NCBI GenBank assembly: GCA_904063045.1
Contig: CAJFCJ010000002.1
Coordinates: 3,095,891 to 3,159,890, forward strand
Reading direction: 5' to 3'
Source of the DNA: Dimorphilus gyrociliatus
Taxonomy: Eukaryota > Animalia > Annelida
Length of the DNA stretch: 64,000 nt
Below the pieces are notes generated by a model. The model was not told where the DNA came from and ran no database searches. It worked only from the letters and a program-made list of their open reading frames with translations. A program made the translations under genes and the position numbers. Below, in pieces: positions 1-13,100 of the stretch (positions are counted from its first letter, which is position 1; each line of letters begins with the position of its first letter).

Positions 1-624
1 CATCTAAACGTTCTAAATTAGTTAATCTGTTGAATGTATTTGGCAAATTTCTCAGACGGTTTTCCCTAGTTGAAGATAAAAAACGAATTAAAAAATTTTA
101 AAGGAATTAAAAATTTAATTCTTTTACCTTAATTCCAAAACCAGTAGGTTTGTTAGTCTTCCCAATTGGCCAGGTACAAAATCCAATAAACAATCGTTCA
201 AGTGCAAACTAGTTAGTGAAAGGCATTGACAAACGCCATCAGGCACACGACCTAAGGGATTAACGCTTAGATCTAACGTTGAGAGCCGTTTACAGCTCTT
301 TATTGCGTCAGGAACGTATGACAAAGAATTTTTCGATACATCGAGTTGCTCGAGACAAATTAAACTTCCAATGGCTGGTGGAAGGAGTTTGAGCTCGTTA
401 TCAGAAACCGATAAGATTCTCAGACCAGTACAACAAAAAAGTTCTCTGGGTAGATCCGAAATGCAATTAGCATCCAAAAGTAGTTCTTCAAGCGTCCTCT
501 CTCGAACGAACACGTTGTTGGGAACTTGATCCAAAGATCCATGTCGATAATCTAGTAGTCGAACATCGTCTTCGAATTTTTTTCCTCTTATGCAAGCGCA
601 CAAAGCTTTCTTTGTCGATAACAT
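1..624 (-). CDS. ERBIN: LAP-family leucine-rich-repeat protein (Erbin/Densin-180 LRRC7 co-orthologue, Lap1-like); 5' part only, runs off the window start
   Basis: Exon 624-128 encodes CACIRG..LDYRHGSLDQVP..TLEELLLDAN..SVNPLGRVPDG..GRLTNLLVLELR. It ends AG|GTAAAA; acceptor CTAG gives exon 65-1, R-ENRLRNLPNTFNRLTNLERLD. This matches the Erbin/LRRC7 N-terminal LRRs (CRCLRG..LDYSHCSLEQVP..GRLTKLQILELRENQL) better than Scribble. ERBIN vs LRRC7 cannot be distinguished. Confidence 0.88.
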
Positions 625-2059
625 TTTATCTGAAATGAAATAATAACAAAAATGAACTTAGCATTTTTGATTCTAATAGAGGACACTATTGTTCTTTCAA
701 AAAAAAAGTACGACATAATTGATAGTTACCATACCTTCTGACTAATCGTTAATAACTATACTGAATAAAAAGTTAGCTACCACTATTCCATACAGGTGAA
801 TTCTTTTTATAATAGAACAAGATTGGATATCTTTCATCCAATCCCTCACAACCCCTCCCCCGTAAGTGAACTATTTGAACAAAGTTAAATCACAAGGACT
901 TAAAGCATGGATTTTAGTAGCCATGGGTAAAATAAATAAACCATTTTATTGATTTACTTTGAAACAACACAATTTGTTATTAAAGCGAGTTAAAGCTTTT
1001 CCTTTGAACGGAACGAAATTTTTCTCGTTAGATTTATACTCTATATATTAAAAATTTTTCAACAAACCAATAGTAGATTGCATATTTTCCCTCTTTTTTT
1101 TATATATATGTTTACTGCAAATAGTAAGTATGATATTGTTAGAACTTGTATATGAACACGAAAGAATAGGTTTTTCTTTTTTATTTCAAGATAAATTGAT
1201 ATCGTATCCTATAATCGAAAATCAATTGACAAAACTACCTTTTTATGCAAAGTAAAAGAGAAAAAAATGACTAAAAAAGTACTGTATATTATTAAAGCAA
1301 GTTTTAAAACATATAGTATATTATATCGTACGATATGTAGACAAGAGTAATTTTTAATTATGTCAATATTAAAGATTTTTCTTTATTTAACAAGGAGGAA
1401 AGTACAAACATTTCCCATATATTTTTTGGCACGCAAACCTACTTCGTTACTAACCATTTTTCTTGATTTAATTATATTCATAAAAAAATACCACAAAGGT
1501 TTGAGAGAAGACTATTATATAAAAAAAACCTCTTCAATTGAGTTATTCAGATTCAAAATTAGTTCTTGAATAAGAAACTGGACTACTCAAGTCTGCTAGA
1601 TATTTGAATTTAGAGACAAAGTTAAATTAGTAATTGAAAGATATCTGCAACAATTCAGTTCAAGTGTTAAGTACTTAATTTGCATGAGAAAACTAGGAAA
1701 GCCCTTTGATCTTTGTTTATTGTCCGCCTGTCACTACGCCTATTCAACATGACCATGAGAAGTTTGCGATCGCCACTTTTCGGTTAAGGGTGAACGTTTT
1801 GAAACCAATCCTCTAATATTTAGTTAACTAAGCTAGGTTATCTATTTCAATGAGTTACTTATGTTCACAAATTTTCCAACTCTTTTGAGCGCGGGAAGTG
1901 GTCTCTTCATAAACAAGAAAAATAGGCTGGAAATACTCACCGATATAAACTATAATTTATCCAATAGTAAAATAAAGTTACTGTTACATTATTACGTAAC
2001 GGATTTAACGTATAATTTTGACATGATTACTGGGAATCAACGCCGTTGTTTACAAATGT

Positions 2060-2104
2060 CCGCCATTTTAAAAGACGCGTTTCGAACCGGTACGCAACCG
2101 GTTC
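2060..2104. promoter_or_regulatory. Candidate promoter element: YY1-like CCGCCATTTT plus two Grainyhead-like AACCGGT sites arranged as an inverted repeat
   Basis: CCGCCATTTT at 2060-2069; GAACCGGT-acgca-ACCGGTTC at 2084-2104. GC-richer island about 1.5 kb upstream of the LAP coding exon. Confidence 0.4.
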
Positions 2105-3081
2105 AGCCGACTTGAACCGATTAATTTTAAAAGCAAATAAGCTATTGGTTCAAAGCGACAATTATGCAAATCTAATAGGATTATGAATAATTATGTTTTA
2201 AAGATGTTTAATTGAATGAGTAACTGGGAAAATTGATGTAATATCGATAAAAAACAACTTTGTGACACCTTTTTTGTATTATTTGTAATGGCCGTTTATC
2301 TTAGCGTGAAACCTTAATTGTTTTTCAGACCATGTTTAGTAAAAAGTAAATTTATTATATAATCACGCAGCAAGTACTAGAAACGCGAACAAATAAAATC
2401 TGCTAAAGGCTACTTTTGGATGAGTCTTATATTGATTCCATCAACTTGCAATTATCCGATTATCAATAGATCTGATCAATACTTTTATCGGTCATAAACG
2501 CCGAGTAAAATCCGAATAGAAGACAATTACATTACCCCATTAAAGTCCCAATCCAATAAAATTTTTAATACCTATTGTTGTATATTACAAAGAGATGAAA
2601 TTCAATTAGAGATATACAGAATAAGTTCAAATAGAAAAGTTAGAAAAAGAATTCACTTAAAATTAAGAAAGTATTTAATCATTTCCCTTATGTAAATAAA
2701 TCTTCAATCACTTAACACGTTGTTCTTCTGCATTATTTAAAATATAACTAGATTACTCCTACTGTTCAATTCCAAACTAGAGTTATTTAAATATAAATCA
2801 AAATTCTCACATCTCTAATAAGGGTAGCCTTCTACAAAACCAAAAAAGAGACAAACTTCAATGTTAAACTCCTCTTCACCGCATATTCTTAAATAAAGAA
2901 AATCTGTCACTGGATGATACTGTGATTTCACAAACATAAAAGCCTAAATTGAACAATTGTTTCTCTTTCTACTAACAATTTATTAACATCGTATAACAAT
3001 AAAAAAATACAAGAAAGCATTCAGTAAATGTATATTTTTACAAAGGATGAACAGCTTTTCAAAATTAGCGAATCCCTTTCA

Positions 3082-3461
3082 TCATGTCTCTGATCTTTCA
3101 ATTCCACTATTTACGACATTAAGAGCGATCGGAATTTCTGCAGCAGTCTTGCACAAAGTCATTGAAGCTCTAAAACGTTCTTCATCTTTTTTTTTTATTT
3201 TCAAAGAAATATTCTTTTGAAAAGAGCTATCAAATTTTATAACTTCATAACGCATAGCTTCACCGGTCACACCGTATAAAGTTCTTATTGAATTCCTTAA
3301 AACTAATTCAAATTCGGCTTTAGCCATTTGTATAGGTTCATCCGTGTCAAATTTCCTGTAATATCAGTCAATAAAGTAATACTCTAAAATAAATGCGCAT
3401 TTTATACTAACACATTAACTTCCAATATCACCATATTATCGCTAGGAATTTCTTTAGACAT
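3082..3461 (-). CDS. RPP14: RNase P/MRP subunit RPP14/POP8-like, 2 exons (3461-3412, 3355-3082), 107 aa
   Basis: Spliced protein: MSKEIPSDNMVILEVNVKFDTDEPIQMAKAEFELVLRNSIRTLYGVTGEAMRYEVIKFDSS..ISLKIKKKDEERFRASMTLC. The 56-nt intron has GTTAGT..ACAG and is phase-consistent. The pattern resembles RPP14 (KVCLEF..FKQLLISAVKDLFGEVDAALPLDIL..ILRI..LWSSLTL), recalled from family knowledge. Confidence 0.6.
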
Positions 3462-4190
3462 TATATTGTTCTATTCTAAAAGTAAAATTTTATCAATATA
3501 GTTATATAACATTGAATTTTTTTATATTTGAATATTAATATTTACTACAATCTATGACAATGATTAATTTCTTTTGCAGAAGTAGAGAGCAAGGTGTGTC
3601 TACCAGTTTTCGCAAGAGCGGGAAAAAGATCAACGAATACAATGAAACATTTAGCTTAAACTTGGTAATCAACTTTAGAATTACAGTAAGAGCTTAGTTT
3701 GTATGCTATATTTTCTAGCAATAAACATGTTAAGACTTCTTTTAGTGGCTACTAAAATTTTGCGCGTAATCTTGTTGGTCCAAAGTACGAAGAATTATTA
3801 CTTCCTAAATGTTATATCTTTTATATAGCATGATCAATTTTGTGTAAAATTTTATTGAGCGTAAATGCTTGATAGTATAAGTTTGTTCTATATCTTTTTT
3901 TAAAGTATAAGTTTAAAATGTTTACAGCTCGCAGCGCCACCAGGTGTACAGATGGTTTTATAATATTTTTGTTGTTTTAAGACACTTTTCGTCATAAAAG
4001 ATACTAAACAGTGCCTGCCAAAAAATATATTTTTTAAATCTTTAACATTATTTTAATTTATATTACAGGAATATGAAGAGTTTGTTATTTCTATTTTCGG
4101 CGCATGCGCAAAGGTACGATTTGTAGAGAGCGCTAGTAGTTGTCAACACAATATCGCTCATTCGGCGGAAAAAAAGGGATTTCTTTGAAA
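3462..4190. promoter_or_regulatory. Bidirectional promoter RPP14-like/TRRAP with NRF1 site and CTCF-like site
   Basis: Lies between divergent ATGs. GCGCATGCGC (NRF1/Ewg palindrome) at 4100-4109; GCGCCACCAGGTG at 3934-3946. Confidence 0.6.
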
Positions 4191-7100
4191 ATGGCAGCCC
4201 ATTTGGCTCAAACGAGCGATGCCTGCCGTCAATATCTTCTGCTCGTTGGAGATTCCAGCGTTCAAGGTAATAAATACAAAATTAAACATTATAGGTAATA
4301 ATCATGGACTTGTGCCGATCAAATAGTTGAGAAAAGGGCTAAAGCTGCCTCGGAACTCGCGGATCACATAGAACAAGTCGCTTCATACACTAGCTTTTCA
4401 GTTTTGATCAATGATTTCTTAAGAGTTTTTACAAGTATCATGAAAGAAATAGAGCCAAATTTCATAAGCGAAAATCCTTATCAGGTTGTTTTCTCTCTTT
4501 ATTTTCTCTTATAAAGTATCCAAATGTAACTAAATTTATATATCAGTTGTTGAGGAAACATATGCTGGAGTGCATTCACAGGATACCTGCGAATGAAATT
4601 GTCAGACCTCTTGTTAAAAATATTTTAAATAGCATGTTTCAATTGATCGACGTAAGTAAAGCTATCTTTTTACTGTTGTTACTGAATTTTAATGAAGCAA
4701 CTGTTTTTATGCCAATGTATTCAGATTGACAATGAGGAAAATGTTCTAATTTGTTTAAGAATAATAATAGAAATGCACAAACAATATAGACCTCAAATTT
4801 CTCAAGAGGTTAGTTGAAATAATTTATAAGCCCTGGAAAGAAATATATTGTTCTTAATGTCTAGATTCATCGATTTCTCATTTTGGTGAAGAGAATTTAC
4901 GAAGACGTTCAAAAACCTATAAACTTAGGCAAAATATTTGAACCCCAAACGAGCTTGCGAATAAAGGATATAGCAGATGTTGATATTCCAACTCTATTAA
5001 ACGAAACTTATACAAGTGTAACCGTCCATTACGAAAAGCGAGACGGTACTGGAACTGCAACGGTAAATAAATCTATTAGCATGCATAGGAGCTCACGTTA
5101 TAGTTATTACTTAATACATAGAGTGTCGTACTTCCAAGAGCAACGATGTCATTAAAAGTTATGGCTGAACTACCGATTATTGTGGTTTTGATGTACCAGT
5201 TGTACAAACAAAATGTTCTTAATGAAGTCTCAGATTTTATTCCATTAATAATGAAAACTATTTTATTACAACCAACACCAGCGCAAAGGTATACAAAGCT
5301 CTATCCTTCTGTTAATTTATTTAACAACTCTCTTTGCTCTTTAGGTCCAATGCAAATTTTAACAAAGAAATATTTTGTGATTTTGTTGCTGCTCAGATAA
5401 AGACTCTTTCTTTTATTGCTTTTATTATACGATTTTATCAAGAAATTATTAATCAACACCACGAACCTTTAATGAAAGGCATGATAATACTCTTTCAAAC
5501 TTGCCCACCCGAAGTGGCTCATTTGCGTAAAGAACTACTTATAGCTGCTCGACATATCTTAGCAACAGACCTACGAAAGCGTAAGTTCCAGTTAAATTTT
5601 AACCACAAAAGTATAGTAATTTTTTATATAGATTTTGTTCCAATTATTGATAAACTTTTTGATGAAAATCTTCTAATTGGGGCCGGTTGGACTGCTCATG
5701 ATTCACTGAGACCGTTGGCTTATAGTACTCTGGCAGATCTTGTTCATCATGTGAGAAATCAGTTAAAATTCAATGACCTCTGTTTGGCCGTCAATCTCTT
5801 CAGTAAAAATATAATGGACGATACACTTCCATGCTCTATACAAACTATGTCCTGTAAATTGCTTTTGAACTTGGTGGAGTGCATAAGATCAAACAGCGAA
5901 ACTGAAAATAAAGAAGTATGCCTTTGTGATGTTTGTACAATATTATAACATTTAAATTAAATATTTTACAAAACAGGGAAGAGATTTACTTATGAGAATG
6001 CTTGAAGTATTTGTTATCAAATTCAAATCTATTACTGAACTCCAGTTACCTATTCTTCTTGATAAATGGTAATTAATTACTTAAATTAATTATAAATTTT
6101 ATAAAAAGGATCTATTTTAGTAAAACTGATTCTAAGAAAAAAGATACCAAAGAAGCTGTGGTTAAGCCATCATCATCAGATGGGGATAACAATAATGGTA
6201 CATATTACTTTTGAAGAAAGTTGAGTGGCTATTAATTTATATCGTTACAGAAGCTAAGACAGCTGACGAAAAATCTCCGTTGCCAGATTTTAGTAAAGAA
6301 AAAGATGTTGAAAAAGTTATTCCAGGCGTTCCATCCTCTCCTAATTATTTGGTATCCGAATGTCGAGCACTTGTAAAAACTTTAATTTGTGGAGTAAAAA
6401 CTATCACTTGGGGTACAACAACTTGTAGAACGGCTCAACTTGGTTAGTAGAAAAAGGTTAATTTATTAATATTGTCATTTATATTATTTACTATAGACGC
6501 AGCATCTGTCCAAAGTAAAAGACTGACTCCAAAAGAGACACTCGTTTTTGTTCGATTAGTAAAATATGGCTTAAGCGCTCTTGATATTTATACGATAAAC
6601 GTAACACCTACTGGTCTCCATGTTATTAGACCTGCTTCGTAAGTCTTTTTACCAGTTCACCATATGATCTTTTAATTGACAAAATTTCTCTCCAGCCTAC
6701 AAACATGCAGAACAAAAGAAGAAAAAGAAGTTTTGGAGCATTTTGGAGGCGTGGTATGCATTCAAATTTTTATAACTGCTAATTACAAAATGACAGCATT
6801 TTTGTAAATATATTTATATTTTCACAGTTTACTATGATGTATCCGCAAACCTTTAAAGAGATTTTTGTAAATACAATTGAGGTAAATAAAGTCACTTATT
6901 TTAAGATTCGATTGTTACCTATGAAAAATTGTTAAACTTTTTTTCAAATTATAGTTCATGGTTGACAGAATGCAAAGCAATTACTCCATTCAAGTAGTGG
7001 CTAATTCTTTTCTAGCAAATGTTCAAACATCAGCTACGTTTGCAACTATCCTTGTCGATTTCTTATTGACAAGATTACCTGATATGGGCTGTAAGAAATT

Positions 7101-10100
7101 TAATATATTTAGATTCATCATAACTTTAATTATATTTTATTACCAACAGCGAATTCGGATAGATCAGCACTTTATTTGAAATTGTTTAAACTTGTATTTG
7201 GATCTGTATCTCTTTTTTCTCAAGAAAATGAACCAATGTTAAAAGTATATACAGTCACTAAACTGAAATTTATATAAATAATTTATCGAATTTATTTTTC
7301 TAGCCTCATTTACATTCCATTGTAAATCAATCTATGGAATTAGCCATGACTGGAAAAGATCCATATAATTACTTCTTACTTTTGAGAGCTCTCTTTCGAT
7401 CTATAGGAGGAGGCAGCCACGATCATCTTTATCAAGAGTTCCTACCCCTTCTTCCAAACTTGTTGCAGGGATTAAATGGTTTACAGTCTGGACCACATAA
7501 ACAACACATGAAAGACCTCTTTGTCGAATTATGTCTCACCGTTCCAGTTAGATTATCTTCTTTATTGCCTTATTTACCAATGCTAATGGATCCACTGGTT
7601 TCTGCCTTAAATGGAAGTCCAACTCTCGTGAGTCAAGGATTAAGGACATTAGAGTTATGCGTTGACAACTTGCAACCTGATTTCTTGTATGAGCATATTC
7701 AACCAGTTAGAGCAGAGCTTATGCAAGCCCTTTGGACTACTCTTAGAAATCCGTCAGATCAAATCGCTCATATTGCCTTTAGAGTTCTTGGAAAATTTGG
7801 AGGTGCCAACAGGAAAATGTTAAGTGAACCTCAAAAATTAAACTACTTAGATAGATCATGTGGTGCACCAACTATGAGTATTTTACTCGAAGATTTAAAA
7901 TCTCCAATAAGTCTGCCAGTGGAAATGATAATCGACACTGCGTACAATTCATTAAAACATTCAAGTACAGATGAATACATCAAGTCTGAGGCTTTGGATG
8001 TCATTAAATGTTATTTAATAGCTTCCACGAATTTGGACGATGATGTTCCTACTGTTACAAAAATACTTGAACATCAGAGTTTTAAAATTGGACCAATCAT
8101 AAGTCTTTCTTCTAGTACCTTGTATAAAACAACCGACCCATCTATTAGAAAGACTCACGAGAAAGCTCTGTTGTCATTATTTATTGCCTCATCAGTTAAA
8201 TCTCTAGAAAACAATGTCTTACCATTTCTACATGGAATTATTAGACAATATGTAATGATTGCATGTTGTCATCAAAGCGGACCTTTTCCCTTAATGAATG
8301 ATAAATTGAGCAAATTGAACGGTTTAGATCCACACATACTTGTAGATTCAATTTGCTCAGTTTTAGGCCATGAAGACTCCGAATTAGAGGAAGCTGGAAT
8401 AGTCGGCCTTAAGTTAATTGTGAAAACAGCAACAGTCGTTATGACTGATATAGAAAGAGCATGTCAACTACCATTCTTCGAATATTTGTGTGAAAAAATA
8501 ACTGAACTATGCTATGAAAGAGCCTGGTATTCTAAGATGGGTGGTTGCATTGGAATTAAATTTGCCATAGTTAATTTTTCTCTTAACTGGGTCCTTGAAC
8601 ATCAATATCAACTCTTAAAAGCACTCTTGTTTGTTTTGATGGACTTAACTGGTGAAGTCTCCAGTGGTGCTGTTGATCAAGCCAAAGAGAATATAAAGTT
8701 GCTCCTGAAACATTGTGCCCAAAAGATTAGCTCCGATAAAGAAAGCCTTCTTGATTTACAAAAGAAATCAACATCGGATGTCACACATGAGTTAATGAGA
8801 CAAGTAACTTCTCCGAACACACTAGTAAGAGAGCAGTCAGTTGAATCCTTAAAATATGTCGCAGAAATTATGGATGTTCCACTTTCTGAGCTAATTATGC
8901 CTCATAAAGATGTATTACAGGATATGCTACCTCCTAAAAAACATCTACTAAGACATCAACCAATTAATGCTCAGATAGGCATAATGGAAGGGAATACGTT
9001 TTGTGCAGCTTTGGATGAAAGATTTTCATTAACAGTAAACACAATTGTAGAGCATAAAATTTATTTTGACGAATTATTAAGTATTTGTGAGACGGAAGAT
9101 GCAATGCTACAAAAATTTCCTTGTTATAAGAGCGCTTCAAGCTTAGCTCCTCTCAGGTGTAGCGCTATGAGAGCGCTAGCCTGTTGTCATCATATAGAGG
9201 AAAAGAGGCAAACTATATTCAAGATATTTTTTATAGGTCTTAAATCAGAAAAGAAAGAAATCCAAGATACTGCTGTTGCTTGTTTACAAAAATTTCTTTC
9301 AAAGTGCCCAATAGAAAATTTGAATGTTGAAAGCAATTTGAACGGGCTTCTTGATGAGATTAACGGAAAAGAGGCATGCGCATTAAAATTTATGAACAAT
9401 TTAAAATCTCTTGCCAAAATAATTCCTGAAGTGTTCAAGGAGAATCATGTCAATAATTTGTTGGAACAATTTGTAACCTGGATGGAAACAGCTCCATCAA
9501 AGCAAAATCAAAAAGCCGAAGGATTTATTAATTGCGATCATGTTCGAATATGCGTTGCTGTCATTGATATACTTCACCTACTTCCTGCAGCTTCATCAAA
9601 GTGTGTTGAGAAATTAGTACATACAGTAATGAAGTGTGAGAAAGAAATTCTTACGGAATGTGCTAGTCCTTTTAGAAAGTCTCTCAGAACTTTTCTTTTA
9701 CGATATCCAAACGAAACTGTTGACTTTTTCCTCAGCGATTCTTTAATAGTGCAAGAAAAATACGTAAGATTCTTTATTAATCTCATAGAGCATCCGGATT
9801 CAATCAAACTGAGGAGCTATTTAGAAGTTCAAGATAAGAAGTTGAAAAATCTATGTAAAAGCGTTTCCCACGGGAGTTCCGAATTAAGCGACACAACTAA
9901 AAACCTATTACAATTTGTTGGGATAAAAATTGTGAGAATTTTGGCTGTTAAAAATGATTCTTGGTTGTCACAACAAGTTGGAGTAGTTAGTGCTCTCCTT
10001 ACTGTTTGGGTGTCAGCCAGTTTTCAGGAAAAGCACCAGCATGTAGACAGTATTGACTATGAGCAATGGGAAGAACCTCAATTATTAGTCGAATGCCTTA

Positions 10101-13100
10101 TACTTTACTTTCAATCTTTTCCGAAAAAGTTAGAACTTCTCTTCCAGACATTAAAATGCTTCGTGCATAGATATGCAACAAGTATGCAGTTTGTCAAAGT
10201 TTTCCTTGCTAAAACTGTCGTTGAAACTTACTCTGTTCAATGGAAAAGAGAAGCGTTTTTCAAATTTGTCGAAATTTTTCACAATCCTGACTGGAATCAA
10301 GATTTAAAAGCCAATATCTTGAAACATGTTTTGTTGCCAAGTTTTGCGCATGCCTTTGAGAAAGGTCAAGATATGCTTATTGAGGCACCAGATTCGAATG
10401 GGGAGGAGGATAGTGAAAACAATATTGTTCACTGCTTCATAGCCAAGATTATTGATCCAGATAAGCCTACAACATGCGATTCGATCAGAATCCTTGTCTT
10501 ACAATTTGCATCTCTTCTTGTTGAGTACGCAAGTCACCACATTCACGACGGAACTTCTTCAAATAAGAAAGATGGAAAAGAAGGTAACAAACTACGAAGA
10601 TTAATGACTTATGCTTGGCCATGTCTTCTCACTAAAACATGCGTTGATCCTTCAACAAGATACCATGGCCATTTACTTTTGTGTCACATTATTGCTAAAT
10701 TTGCTATACACAAAAGAATAGTTTTGCAAGTTTTCCATAGCTTACTAAAATCTTACGGAGTCGAAGCTCGAAACGTTGTTAAGCAAGCATTAAACGTTGT
10801 TGTTCCAACACTACCGAATCGAATGGAAGATTCGAATGTCAGTATGCTTGTCTTTTGGACCAGAAAAATCATTGTTGAAGAGGGACATTGCGCTGCCCAT
10901 CTTACTCATATTCTTCAATTAATAGTTAGACACTTCAAAGTATTTTACACTGTCAGATCTGGTTTGATTATGTATATGAACACTTCTATCCAGCGTCTCG
11001 CTTTTACACCAAGTTCGAATATGGATAATCGCAAATTAGCGGTAGAAGTCTGCGAAGTTTTGATAAAATGGGAAATAATGCGAATAAAGGAAGAAGAAGA
11101 GAGCAAGAATAGTGGTGATGGAATAGTTGATGCTAAAAGAGCAAGGCGGCTCGTCGACAATAAACCTATGGAGAGATATGCTTGCGACAGTGTTGTGAAC
11201 TCATTGATGAAAATAGCTTGTCAAGTCAATGAGGCATCATCCACGGGACAAGCTGGGGAGCTTTTATCGAAAAAATGTGTTCAGCTTATAAAGTTAGTAC
11301 TGCGAAGTGATGTCTGGCCAAACGTTGACTTAAAATTGAGCTGGTTAGATAAACTATTACAATCAGTAGAGGCAAATTCTCCAAATTATGGCAATATTAT
11401 GTGCGGATTGGAGCTTCTCACTATTCTTACTGGTTTTCTTAAAAAGCAAGAACTGTTAGCTAATTTGAGAATAATGCAGAAAGGACTTACTCTTTGTTTA
11501 AGATGTTCCAACACCAGAGTTATTAGAACATTGAATATCTTCCTAACAAAGCTGATGACAATATTTCCTACTGAACATACAGCTTCTACAGTGGCAAGTA
11601 AGCACGAGGAATTAGATCCCATTTATGCTGCAGCCTCTAAAATAGTATATGAGGGATTAAGCAACTATGATAAAGTAGTTGAAAGGTCACAAAATTCATC
11701 TCCTTCTCAATTATTCGGAACCTTGATGATACTGAAAGCAGCCTGTGTCCAAAATCCTGCCTTTATAGATAGGCTACTAAGTATATTTTACAGAGTATTG
11801 CAAAGAATGGCCAAAGAACATCTTACACCTCCAACAAGTGATACTAACACTGCTTCAATAACATGTGAATTGCTGATACTCTCTCTGGACTTGGTAAAGA
11901 ATAGAGTTGGCTGTATGGGCGGTGAAATGAGAAAAAGTTTCATAGGAACCATTCTAACTATGTTAATTGAAAAGAGCACAGATAGTAAAGTTATAAAAGC
12001 AATAACAAAGATGGTTGAAGATTGGGTAAAGTCTAAACAAAATTTGCCAATGATAAATCAGGCTCCATCAGTTAAAGAAAAAGTTTTACTACTCGTGAAA
12101 TTAATGTCAAATATTGAAAAGCGGTTTCCAGAAGAAAAAGAACTTCAGTCTCAATTCTTGGAATTAGTAAAATTTGTCTACTGCGACGAAGATCTTAGAG
12201 GAACTGAAATAACTGTCAAATTAGAAGCTGCTTTTATGTACGGTCTAAGATGCCCCCAACATACTATACGACAGCAATTTATGACTGTGTTTGACTCAAG
12301 TATATCAAGAAGCATAGAAGATAGATTAATGTATATTTTGCAAAGTCAGAGTTGGGAATCAATCGGTACCCATTTTTGGGTTAAACAATGTATTCAACTG
12401 TTACTAGTTCTCACCTCGAAAAACAATAGCTTTACGTCATCGAATTCTCTATATTCAGTACCCTCTATTACTAGCATCTTGTCTCTGGCTGACAAAGGAG
12501 AAATGACCTCCTTCCACACTGAGGAAGAAACACATACAAAGGTAGTTAACTCACTAAAAGAATTACTTAAATAGGACAATAAAAAAGTGTAAACTATTAC
12601 TTTTACTTAAACAGATGGAAACCGATGCAAATGATGAGGAATTCACAATATCTTCAATGATGAAAAAACAGCAGGAATTTTACAACTTGTGCCAAGAAAT
12701 GAAGGTTCAAATTAAAATATCTGACTTGTAATAAGTTACATATATCCTTATATTTTTAGATGAGTCAATTCGCTTCCTCTTTATCCGAATTATGCCACTC
12801 CAACACTAATCTCTCTTATCATTTATGGATTGATCTTTTTCCCCGATTATATAAAGTTCTACCGGAACGCATTCAGACCTTTCTTAATCAAGTCATGTCT
12901 CAATTTCTAATTTCGTAAGTTTATTTAATGTATGCGATTGTTATTTCCAAACTATTTTATTTGTTTTGTAGTCCTCAGCACTTACCTCAAAAAGAAGTTT
13001 ATCCTAGTGCGGCAAATTGTTTTCTTGAAGCCATCTGCAAATGTCTTCCTCACGTCTCATTAAAACCGTCCATTATCAAATATCTCGGAAAATCCCATAA

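Noticed and set aside
3580-4113. + strand exon-like pieces 3580-3664 (SREQGVSTSF..) and 4069-4113 (EYEEFVISIFGACAK) with AG/GT ends
   Set aside because: No start or coherent gene model. They lie in the RPP14/TRRAP promoter, and the second contains the NRF1 site; more likely UTR or chance.
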